Made by a program: the position numbers and the translations under genes
The notes under the pieces: model-generated
What the model was told of the DNA's origin: nothing
Seen by the model: the letters and a program-made list of their open reading frames with translations, nothing else
Database searches by the model: none
In this document: positions 7,545 through 15,192 of the stretch, piece after piece
Layout of the letters: the number at the start of each line of letters is the position of its first letter
Numbering within the stretch: the first letter of the stretch is position 1
Source: Nanopusillaceae archaeon
GTDB lineage: Archaea; Nanobdellota; Nanobdellia; Nanobdellales; Nanobdellaceae
NCBI GenBank assembly: GCA_049974095.1
Contig: JBMFJD010000009.1
Span: 1 to 27,386 of the forward strand
DNA: 27,386 nt
Reading direction: 5' to 3'

Positions 7545-7786
7545 TCACTTTTGAGTAAGAAATAATTACGGGGTTGAACTTATACCTCCTTTTTTGCAAT
7601 TTTTTACAAATTAAAAAAATCAGGTGAAAATGATGGCCTTTAATTTTATAAATACATTCCAAAATATATAAATAACACTTTCCATAAGGGATACATGTTA
7701 CATTCATAAAAATTTATAAAGTCATGTAGAAAGTTCTATAATGGGATATAGAAATTCCTTTAAAGTTATCTAAAATAATATATTTT

Positions 7787-8368
7787 ATGGAAAACATCTA
7801 TAGGATAGTACAAGGAATACGTGATCTTTATGGTGGGGTACCACCATATGCTATTAGTTTTAGAAAGAGAGGTAAATTTCTAAAAGATGCGTTCAAAGTA
7901 ATAGAAAAGCTTTTTGAGGATGGTACTTATAAGGATATATCGAAAGCTGTAATTAATTTATTAGAAATATCAATAATGTATCATATTACAGAAAGAGCTT
8001 CCAGAGAATATTTGGATGACCTGTATTATTTGTTTGTTGATAAATCATCGAATAAAGAATATGCTTATTTTGATGACGAAAAGGTTGAAAAAAATAATAA
8101 TGGTTCTGGAAAAAAGGTTGAAAAAAAGGTCCGGGCTTTGAATATAGATATTAATAAAATAAAACGAGATATTGATACAACAATAGAGATGGCTAAAAAA
8201 TTATTAGATCAAGAAGGATCTTTTATATATAGATATACAGATTATTCTGTACCTAATAAATTTGTAGGAATTGTATTAGAAAAGGAATTTAAATTAACAC
8301 ATAAATTATATAAAATCGATTATAAAAAAGACGGCCTAATGAGATACGCTATTGTAATAACAGTATAA
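7787..8368 (+). CDS. Hypothetical protein, possible HTH DNA-binding protein (first gene right of the palindrome)
   Basis: 193 aa. The segment ISIMYHITERASREYLDDLYYLF fits the common HTH pattern (S/T-x-x-x-A-x-x-Y/D-L-x-x-L). A Lys-rich linker is followed by a beta-rich C-terminus. Confidence 0.55.
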   Translation: MENIYRIVQGIRDLYGGVPPYAISFRKRGKFLKDAFKVIEKLFEDGTYKDISKAVINLLEISIMYHITERASREYLDDLYYLFVDKSSNKEYAYFDDEKVEKNNNGSGKKVEKKVRALNIDINKIKRDIDTTIEMAKKLLDQEGSFIYRYTDYSVPNKFVGIVLEKEFKLTHKLYKIDYKKDGLMRYAIVITV

Positions 8369-8369
8369 G

Positions 8370-8921
8370 ATGGATGAACTAGAGATAGATTTAGGTAATC
8401 TATTATTTTATAGAAAGAATACATCTTTAATAACCGAATACGCTAATCAATTATCGAAAAAAGAGAAATTTATACTGTATTTAGCTGATGCACTATATTA
8501 TCTCCTAACCAAAGGTAATTTGATAATTTCTCCATATACAAAAACAAAAATATCAAAATCTCAGGTAATGCAGATGTTCGAAGTATCCTCTGAGACAGCA
8601 AAAGGGTATTTAGACATTGTTGATAATGAAATGAAAAATCTTGATCCTACTATATCTTATATCTACAATGGGACATTATATATATTTCTTAAGGCTTTAG
8701 AAGACAATATTAGAGTAGAGTTATACGAGTTAGACTTTAAAATAAGAACAGACGGATATATTTTAATTGCATATACAAATGATGATATAATAAATAACAT
8801 ACTAGTTCACTTCATTAAAAATGTTTACTCAGAAAAAGGTTATGAGATAATAGAAAAGCAAGTTACAACTACAACTGGAAAAAGAAAGAGGGTATTGCTA
8901 ATACTCAGACATATTATATAA
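8370..8921 (+). CDS. Hypothetical protein, possible HTH DNA-binding protein
   Basis: 183 aa, starting 1 nt after the previous stop. ISKSQVMQMFEVSSETAKGYLDIVDNEM is HTH-like, and the overall architecture resembles the preceding ORF. Confidence 0.55.
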   Translation: MDELEIDLGNLLFYRKNTSLITEYANQLSKKEKFILYLADALYYLLTKGNLIISPYTKTKISKSQVMQMFEVSSETAKGYLDIVDNEMKNLDPTISYIYNGTLYIFLKALEDNIRVELYELDFKIRTDGYILIAYTNDDIINNILVHFIKNVYSEKGYEIIEKQVTTTTGKRKRVLLILRHII

Positions 8922-8987
8922 AAGCAAATATATATTAATTAAATGTAGCAGGTTAAATATTAAAAGGATTTTTGGTAATACAAATAT

Positions 8988-11132
8988 ATGGCAGAAAAAG
9001 AGAAAAAAGAAAAAATTGTTTTTAGTGGAGGAGTTATACCACTACATACCAGAGAGGTATATATACCAGATAAATTGAAAGAAATGTATATAAACTTTTT
9101 GAAACAGAAGGCACAACAAACATTAACAAATATAGGGATAAATGATGAGTGGGATCTAAAAATAAATGAAGATTTTAAAAAGGTTAAACGTCAAGCTTTG
9201 GAAAATTTCTTTAAATTAGAAGATCCTGGATATACTATTGTAAATTTTGATGATTTATACAAATTCTTATCTTCTATAGGGTTAAGAGATGCTTTTAAGA
9301 AATCTGGGGGTATAATAAAGTATTTATTACCACATTATGTAAATGAAGAATTGAAAATTACTTGGGATCTTCCAATATATATAAAAAATATTCCAGAAAA
9401 ATTTACAAAAACTACAAAAGAATTTTTAGAGTCAGATAGTGACGATGTTGTTGTTTTAAAGGGATTTGTGGATTCTATAACATATATAAATGATATTCCA
9501 GTATTCTTTGTTGTTAGACATTCATTATGTGGAGGTACATTTTTGGTTGAAAATGATATTCCTCATAATAAAGGTTTGAAGAACATATTAAAAAATAAGA
9601 TAAATGCTTGCCCATTATGTGGATCATCTGAAGGTCAATTCGTTGTTGAGAAAATTATTGCAACAGATGCATATAAGTTAACAATAAGTGATATACCAAA
9701 AGATGAAGGAAAAAATGTAAAGTTTGTTGAGGCATATATATTTGGTAAGGCAATGGATTTGTATAGTATACCATCTGCAAGAATTGGTTTGGTTGGTATT
9801 ACTAGAAGGATATTTAATGGTAAAGAGATAGAATCTTATTTAGAAGTTGTTGGTATCGAACCTTTAGATAAAACAGTAGAAGAGATAGAATTAAAGGATG
9901 AAGATATAAAAGAGATTGTAAATACTGTAAGAGGATCTGGATACAATATAATTGATATGATTGCAGAATCTATGTTGCCAAATATAAAAGGAGATCAATA
10001 TAAATATATTAAAAGAGCTGTATTATTACAAGCAATGTCTGTTAGTCAACAAAAAGAAATTGATTTATTAGCAGATAGATTACATATAAATATATTATTA
10101 TTAGGAGATCCAGGTACAGGTAAATCCACATTATTGAGAACAGTTTCAAAACTAATACCTAAATCTAGATATGCTGTAGCTACTTCTTTAACAAAAGCAG
10201 GTTTGTTGGGTACAGTTACTAAATCTGAGGAGGGTAAATGGGTATTAGAAGTTGGTATATTGCCATCAGCATCTGGAGGATTATTATGTGTTGATGAAGT
10301 AAATAAGTTATCTCCAGATGATATAAAATCGTTAAATGAGGCAATGGAACATGGAACTGCAACAATTGATAAAGCAAGTGTACATGTTACATTAAGAGCA
10401 AATGCAGCAGTATTGGCAGCATCGAATCCAAAATATGGAAGATGGGATCCAAATAGAGAGTTAATAAACCAGATAGATATAGAACCAACAATGTTATCCA
10501 GGTTTGATTTAATATTTGTATTAAGAGATATACCAAACAAAGAACAGGATATTTTAGAGGCAAAAGAAATATTGGGAAAAAATAAAGTTGATAATTCATA
10601 CTTTAGTAAAGACTTTATATTGAAATATATAGCATATGCAAGGTCAATAAATCCAGAAATAAGTGATGAAGCAGAAACATATATTGCAAAATTATATGCA
10701 GATCTAAGAGATAAAACAAAAGATACATTTCCAATAACTAAAAGACAATTGGGAACAATAGAAAGATTAGCAATTGCAATTGCTAAAGCCAGGTTGAGTA
10801 ATGTTGTTACAAAAGAAGATGTAGATTATGCATGGGAAATAATATCAAATAGTATATATAGCATGGTTGGTAATGCTACACAGTTAGATTTTGGAGTTGT
10901 TGAAACTGGAGTAAAAAGTAGTGCAAAGAACAGATCAAAATTAGTAAAGGAGGTAATTGAGCAACTAAATAAAACATATGGTAAGGGAGTTACTTTCAAT
11001 GACATATATAATTATCTAAAAGATAAATATGGTTTAGATATATCACAAACAGAACTTAAGGATCTCATTTCGCTATTAAAATATAGTGGGGATATATATG
11101 AACCGGAACCAGGTTTGTACAATGTATTATAA
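8988..11132 (+). CDS. mcm: MCM replicative helicase, full length (N-terminal Zn/OB domain, AAA+ core, C-terminal winged helix)
   Basis: Walker A is ILLLGDPGTGKST and Walker B is LLCVDEVNKL. Sensor 1 is AVLAASNP and the Arg finger is MLSRFDLIFVL. The lid reads ITKRQLGTIERLAIAIAKARLSNVVTKEDVDYA. Zinc motif is HSLCGG...CPLCGS. The linker motif LPNIKGDQYKYIKRAVLLQ precedes the AAA+ core. Confidence 0.9.
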   Translation: MAEKEKKEKIVFSGGVIPLHTREVYIPDKLKEMYINFLKQKAQQTLTNIGINDEWDLKINEDFKKVKRQALENFFKLEDPGYTIVNFDDLYKFLSSIGLRDAFKKSGGIIKYLLPHYVNEELKITWDLPIYIKNIPEKFTKTTKEFLESDSDDVVVLKGFVDSITYINDIPVFFVVRHSLCGGTFLVENDIPHNKGLKNILKNKINACPLCGSSEGQFVVEKIIATDAYKLTISDIPKDEGKNVKFVEAYIFGKAMDLYSIPSARIGLVGITRRIFNGKEIESYLEVVGIEPLDKTVEEIELKDEDIKEIVNTVRGSGYNIIDMIAESMLPNIKGDQYKYIKRAVLLQAMSVSQQKEIDLLADRLHINILLLGDPGTGKSTLLRTVSKLIPKSRYAVATSLTKAGLLGTVTKSEEGKWVLEVGILPSASGGLLCVDEVNKLSPDDIKSLNEAMEHGTATIDKASVHVTLRANAAVLAASNPKYGRWDPNRELINQIDIEPTMLSRFDLIFVLRDIPNKEQDILEAKEILGKNKVDNSYFSKDFILKYIAYARSINPEISDEAETYIAKLYADLRDKTKDTFPITKRQLGTIERLAIAIAKARLSNVVTKEDVDYAWEIISNSIYSMVGNATQLDFGVVETGVKSSAKNRSKLVKEVIEQLNKTYGKGVTFNDIYNYLKDKYGLDISQTELKDLISLLKYSGDIYEPEPGLYNVL

Positions 11133-11188
11133 TAGTTCAATTTTTTTATACTATACCCTTTTAAATATGTATATTAATATTTACTAAT

Positions 11189-12106
11189 ATGAGAGTAAAG
11201 TATATCTTACCTCTTATATTAGGTGTATTTGCATTTAGTATATTCTCCCAACAACCACAATGGCAATTTGTTACTTTTGGTAGCCCTAACGGTGGACAAG
11301 TTACATTACCTATATATATGACACAATTAGTATATCAATTGAATGTATCTCAAAACACATCAGCACAATTTATTCAAGTAACTATTCCACAATCTATTTT
11401 ACAACAACAATTACAATATTGTAAAACTTATGATCCATTCATATCAAATAATATATCCTTATTACAATGTGCTTTTGCTTATCCAAGTATAGTGATAGTT
11501 TATACTATTTCTGGATCTACGCCAAATAATGCATATGAGATTCCATATAACATGATTATTATGAGTTATGATAATGTAACAGGTTTACCACAAACCTTCC
11601 AAATCTATTTGAATAATCACATAGGTGCTTTAAATCCAGGTTTATACTTTGTATATGTTTACTACGGGGGTCCTTACTACTTTCCATATGCATCAATGAC
11701 AAGTAATAAAATACCATCATGTCCTAGTTTAGGTACAATACAATATGCTACTCCATCAGACTTTGATGGTGGATGGTGTGGTGCTGGTGGTGGAATATTT
11801 TATTCATATCCATGGGGACAAGGATATAATACAGGTTCTAATACAGAGAGATATCTATTTGTAAAATTTAATCCTCAATATCCAGTATTAGTTGAATTAA
11901 CGTCTTCCAGTGGATCAGTTACAGTAGAAAATCCATCTACAGGTCAAACAGCAACGTTGTCTATTAATGGAGGAGTATTATATGATCTAAGATTATTGGA
12001 ACAACAAAATGGATTAAATCTATATCAATGGAATGAAATAGTAGACATTAACTTAGTATTTGGATGGATAAATGGTTTCTTCTTAATATATACACCACAA
12101 ACATAA
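11189..12106 (+). CDS. Secreted glycoprotein, paralog 1 of 3
   Basis: Signal peptide is MRVKYILPLILGVFAFSIFSQ. Family blocks are IQVTIPQSILQQQLQYCKTYDPFI, SYDNVTGLPQTF, CPS...FDGGWC, RYLFVKFNPQYPVLV, VTVENPSTGQT..LSINGGVLYDLR and QWNEIV. Multiple N-x-S/T sequons are present. Confidence 0.8.
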   Translation: MRVKYILPLILGVFAFSIFSQQPQWQFVTFGSPNGGQVTLPIYMTQLVYQLNVSQNTSAQFIQVTIPQSILQQQLQYCKTYDPFISNNISLLQCAFAYPSIVIVYTISGSTPNNAYEIPYNMIIMSYDNVTGLPQTFQIYLNNHIGALNPGLYFVYVYYGGPYYFPYASMTSNKIPSCPSLGTIQYATPSDFDGGWCGAGGGIFYSYPWGQGYNTGSNTERYLFVKFNPQYPVLVELTSSSGSVTVENPSTGQTATLSINGGVLYDLRLLEQQNGLNLYQWNEIVDINLVFGWINGFFLIYTPQT

Positions 12107-12159
12107 TTCAATTTTTTAGTACTATATCCTTTTAAATATGTATATTAATATTTACTAAT

Positions 12160-13182
12160 ATGAGATTCAAGTATATCTTACCAATTATATTTAGTATATT
12201 AGGATTTAGTATATTTTCTCAACCACCAATATGGCAAACTGTTAGTTTTAATACACCTAGTGGTCAATCTGTGACAATACCATTATATATGACACAATTA
12301 GTATATCAGGTAAATATAACACCAGGTACATCTTTGCAATACGTACAGATAACTATTCCACAATCTATATTACAACAAGAATTACAATATTGTAAAACAT
12401 ATGATTCATTTATAGCAAATAATATATCTGTATTACAATGTGCATATGCATACCCAAGTATTGCTGTAGTTTATAATAATCCATACTCTAATCCACCATC
12501 TATGGCAAATGGCAATTCATATGAGATCCCATACTATATGGATGTTTTAAGTTATGATAATGTAACAGGTTTACCACAAACCTTCCAAATCTTTATTAAT
12601 AATTATGTTGGAACATTATCTGCAGGTACTTACTATATATATGTTTACTACGGAGGTCCATACTATATGTCACTTGCATCAGTGACAACTAACAGCATAC
12701 CATCATGTCCAAGTGTTAGTTCTTTACCTTATGCTACAACAAGTAACTTCGATGGTGGATGGTGTGGAAGTAATGGTGGTGCAAGTTTCCCAGGATATTC
12801 AAAACCATGGGGACAAGCAATTACTACTACAGGTGGTGGAAGCTTTACCATAACAAGATACCTTTATGTAACCTTTAATCCACAATATCCAGTATTAGTT
12901 GGATATCAAAGAGCATATTGTGCTAGTGGTTGTTCAGATAGTGGATCTGTAACAGTAGAAAATCCATCTACAAGTCAGACACAAACATTATCTATTAATG
13001 GAGGAGTATTATATGATCTAAGAATATTAGAACAACAAAATGGATTAGATCCAGATCAATGGAACGAAATAGTAAATGTAAGTTTAAGCGCATCTCATCC
13101 TGCAGTTTATTGTTGGTATAGTTGTGAATATGCTGGTTCAGCTCTACCAGGTTTTTACTTACTCTATACACCACAAACATAG
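12160..13182 (+). CDS. Secreted glycoprotein, paralog 2 of 3
   Basis: It has the same signal peptide and conserved blocks as paralog 1. Longer insertions contain extra Cys pairs (YCASGCSD, YCWYSCEY). Confidence 0.8.
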   Translation: MRFKYILPIIFSILGFSIFSQPPIWQTVSFNTPSGQSVTIPLYMTQLVYQVNITPGTSLQYVQITIPQSILQQELQYCKTYDSFIANNISVLQCAYAYPSIAVVYNNPYSNPPSMANGNSYEIPYYMDVLSYDNVTGLPQTFQIFINNYVGTLSAGTYYIYVYYGGPYYMSLASVTTNSIPSCPSVSSLPYATTSNFDGGWCGSNGGASFPGYSKPWGQAITTTGGGSFTITRYLYVTFNPQYPVLVGYQRAYCASGCSDSGSVTVENPSTSQTQTLSINGGVLYDLRILEQQNGLDPDQWNEIVNVSLSASHPAVYCWYSCEYAGSALPGFYLLYTPQT

Positions 13183-13235
13183 TCCAATTTTTTTATACTA
13201 TATCCTTTTAAATATGTATATTAATATTTACTAAT

Positions 13236-14276
13236 ATGAGATTCAAATTAAGGTACATTTTACCAATTATATTTGCAATAATTGGATTTAGTATATTCTC
13301 CCAACAACCACAATGGCCAATGGGTGCATTATCAACAATAGGAGGAACTCAAACACAGATACCATTATATTCAACAGAGTTAGTATATCAGGTAAATGTA
13401 TCTCAAAATGCTACTTTACAATTTATTCAAGTAACTATTCCACAATCTATATTACAACAACAATTACAATATTGTAAAACTTATGATCCATTTATAACAA
13501 ATAATATATCTGTAACTCAATGTGACTTTGCATATCCAGCAATGGCTATAGTATATAATTCTACTTCTGGTTCACAGGTAGGATATGAAATATCATATTT
13601 TATAGTACCTGCTTCATATGATAATGTTACAGGATTGCCAAATACTTTTGATATCTTATTAAACAATCGTATTGGTGTATTAGGTGTAAGTAGTACTCCA
13701 TATTTTGTATATATATTGTATCCATCTCCATACTATTTATCTTTTGAATCACTATTTAATTCACAAAGTATGCCACAATGTCCAAGTGTTAGTTCTTTAC
13801 CTTATGCTACAACAAGTAACTTCGATGGTGGATGGTGTTCAGATACTGGAGGATTCGGAGCTAATTATCAACCAAACTCTTATCTATCTTATCAATATCC
13901 ATATGCACAATCACTTTATTATTCATCTTGTGCAAATGGTTGTATAGTTCTTGGTGGTGTTAATATAACAAGATATCTTTATGTAACCTTTAATCCACAA
14001 TATCCAGTATTAGTTGGATTTATGTCAGTAGGAACTGGACCTAATTTTGGTGGTTATGTAACAGTAGAAAATCCATCCACAGGTCAGACACAAACATTAT
14101 CTATTAATGGAGGAGATATATTATATGATCTAAGAATGTTAGAGTTGGGTCAAGGATTAAATCCATATCAATGGAATGAAATAGTAGATGTAAAACATGG
14201 TGATTCATCAGGTGTTTGTACTTTTTGTGGCGCTTTTGCTTCAACAGGTATATATCTACAATATGTACCGCAATAG
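13236..14276 (+). CDS. Secreted glycoprotein, paralog 3 of 3
   Basis: It has the same signal peptide and conserved blocks. Its variable inserts are distinct (SSCANGCIVLGG, GVCTFCGAF). Confidence 0.8.
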   Translation: MRFKLRYILPIIFAIIGFSIFSQQPQWPMGALSTIGGTQTQIPLYSTELVYQVNVSQNATLQFIQVTIPQSILQQQLQYCKTYDPFITNNISVTQCDFAYPAMAIVYNSTSGSQVGYEISYFIVPASYDNVTGLPNTFDILLNNRIGVLGVSSTPYFVYILYPSPYYLSFESLFNSQSMPQCPSVSSLPYATTSNFDGGWCSDTGGFGANYQPNSYLSYQYPYAQSLYYSSCANGCIVLGGVNITRYLYVTFNPQYPVLVGFMSVGTGPNFGGYVTVENPSTGQTQTLSINGGDILYDLRMLELGQGLNPYQWNEIVDVKHGDSSGVCTFCGAFASTGIYLQYVPQ

Positions 14277-14299
14277 TTTTTCTAAAATAATTTTTAATT

Positions 14300-14321
14300 A
14301 AACACATATAAGTATTTGTTT
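14300..14321 (+). promoter_or_regulatory. Extended TATA promoter motif aaacacatataagtatttgttt
   Basis: The TATA core is about 25 nt upstream of the ATG at 14335. An identical 22-mer recurs at 26735-26756. Confidence 0.55.
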
Positions 14322-14334
14322 GTAAATATGTATT

Positions 14335-15192
14335 ATGGATTTCCAAGATTTAGTGAATGGTCTATTCCCATCACTAAAGGGGAATGTTTACAAATATATT
14401 AGACAAGCTGTTGCATATCAATTAATCTCTATAGGAAAGACACCTTTCTTTAGAGATTCTATACATATATTATTATTAGGAGAACCTGGTACTGGGAAAT
14501 CTCATATGTTAAAATATGTAAGTATGATACCCGGAAATAAATATGTAAACGGGGAAAATCTAACAATTGCAGGTTTGATAGGATATACTAGTATGTATAA
14601 TGTACAGCAGGGTGTTGTATCTTTAGTAAATGGTATATTATGTATAGATGAGATAACAAAAGCAAATAAAACTGTAAGAGAAAGGATGAATGAATTATTA
14701 GAAGAGCTATCTGTTACTATTGCTAAAGCTGGTAAGATGGTAAAATATGATGTAAATCTTGCTGTACTTGCTGCTGCAAATCCAAAACATGGGGTATTTA
14801 AAGGTAAAGATATTATTGAACAGATAGATTTACCTCCAACAGTTGTTGACAGGTTTGATTTAATATTTGTATTAAGAACTCAAAATATAGATAAAATAGC
14901 AACGGAGAATTATGTATTTAATAATGATGAATTAGTAAAATATTTGAATGAAGTAAGGAGTATAAATCCAGATATTGGTATATTTGATTTAGGTAAATTA
15001 AATATAGCATTACCTACATCTGGTGTATATTTATCAGATAGAAGATTAATGACTATATTAAGATTAGCAAAAGCAATAGCCAGATCATATAAAGATAATG
15101 TAGTAAAAGATGAATATATTGAAGAGGCCGAAAAATTCTTTATTAAAGTAGTAAATAGATTATTCGGATATGATATACAAGATATTGACTAA
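14335..15192 (+). CDS. Stand-alone MCM-type AAA+ core (no N-terminal domain, no winged helix), catalytic motifs intact
   Basis: It starts exactly at the MCM linker motif (LFPSLKGNVYKYIRQAVAYQL, compared with LPNIKGDQYKYIKRAVLLQ in the full MCM). Walker A is ILLLGEPGTGKSH and Walker B is LCIDEITKA. Sensor 1 is AVLAAANP and the Arg finger is VVDRFDLIFVL. The lid reads LSDRRLMTILRLAKAIARSYKDNVVKDEYIEEA. A 28-nt identity to mcm links 14850-14877 with 10499-10526. Confidence 0.85.
   Translation: MDFQDLVNGLFPSLKGNVYKYIRQAVAYQLISIGKTPFFRDSIHILLLGEPGTGKSHMLKYVSMIPGNKYVNGENLTIAGLIGYTSMYNVQQGVVSLVNGILCIDEITKANKTVRERMNELLEELSVTIAKAGKMVKYDVNLAVLAAANPKHGVFKGKDIIEQIDLPPTVVDRFDLIFVLRTQNIDKIATENYVFNNDELVKYLNEVRSINPDIGIFDLGKLNIALPTSGVYLSDRRLMTILRLAKAIARSYKDNVVKDEYIEEAEKFFIKVVNRLFGYDIQDID

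Larger units (their letters stand above)
6941..7593. other. Large imperfect palindrome; candidate replication origin (alternative: junction of terminal inverted repeats)
   Basis: A perfect 27-bp inverted repeat, ccccgtaattatttcttactcaaaagt, occurs at 6959-6985 and 7547-7573, with imperfect extension outwards. The inner arms share mirrored elements: tgtttttatgtgtt at 7089-7102 against its complement near 7447-7460, plus aatttataaat and cacata/tatgtg clusters. Genes diverge from this region, and HTH genes and MCM lie immediately to the right. Confidence 0.55.
11133..14276 (+). repeat. Tandem triplication of a ~1-kb cassette (promoter plus secreted glycoprotein gene)
   Basis: A near-identical ~55-nt leader, (t)tcaattttttWRtactataYccttttaaatatgtatattaatatttactaatATGAGA, occurs at 11134-11188, 12107-12159 and 13183-13235. 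Long identical nucleotide runs link copies, for example atgtccaagtgttagttctttaccttatgctacaacaagtaacttcgatggtggatggtgt in copies 2 and 3. Confidence 0.9.

Noticed and set aside
6959-7573. A MITE or other non-autonomous transposon bounded by the 27-bp perfect inverted repeats.
   Set aside because: No target-site duplication flanks the repeats. The inverted symmetry continues imperfectly outward and inward, so the whole region is a palindrome rather than just having palindromic ends. No transposase is present. The position at the switch of gene orientation fits an origin better.
7519-7707. 62-aa minus-strand ORF inside and beside the right arm of the palindrome.
   Set aside because: It spans the 27-bp inverted repeat and the 14-bp palindrome, lies in the non-coding origin-like region, and has no mirrored counterpart or promoter. 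It is most likely spurious.
15170-15192. Programmed +1 frameshift fusing the AAA+ core ORF to the MCM-like ORF.
   Set aside because: The overlap has a proper ATG for the downstream ORF, and I could not recognise a slippery or shifty motif. Short overlaps are the norm throughout this element. A fusion or an assembly indel cannot be excluded without reads.
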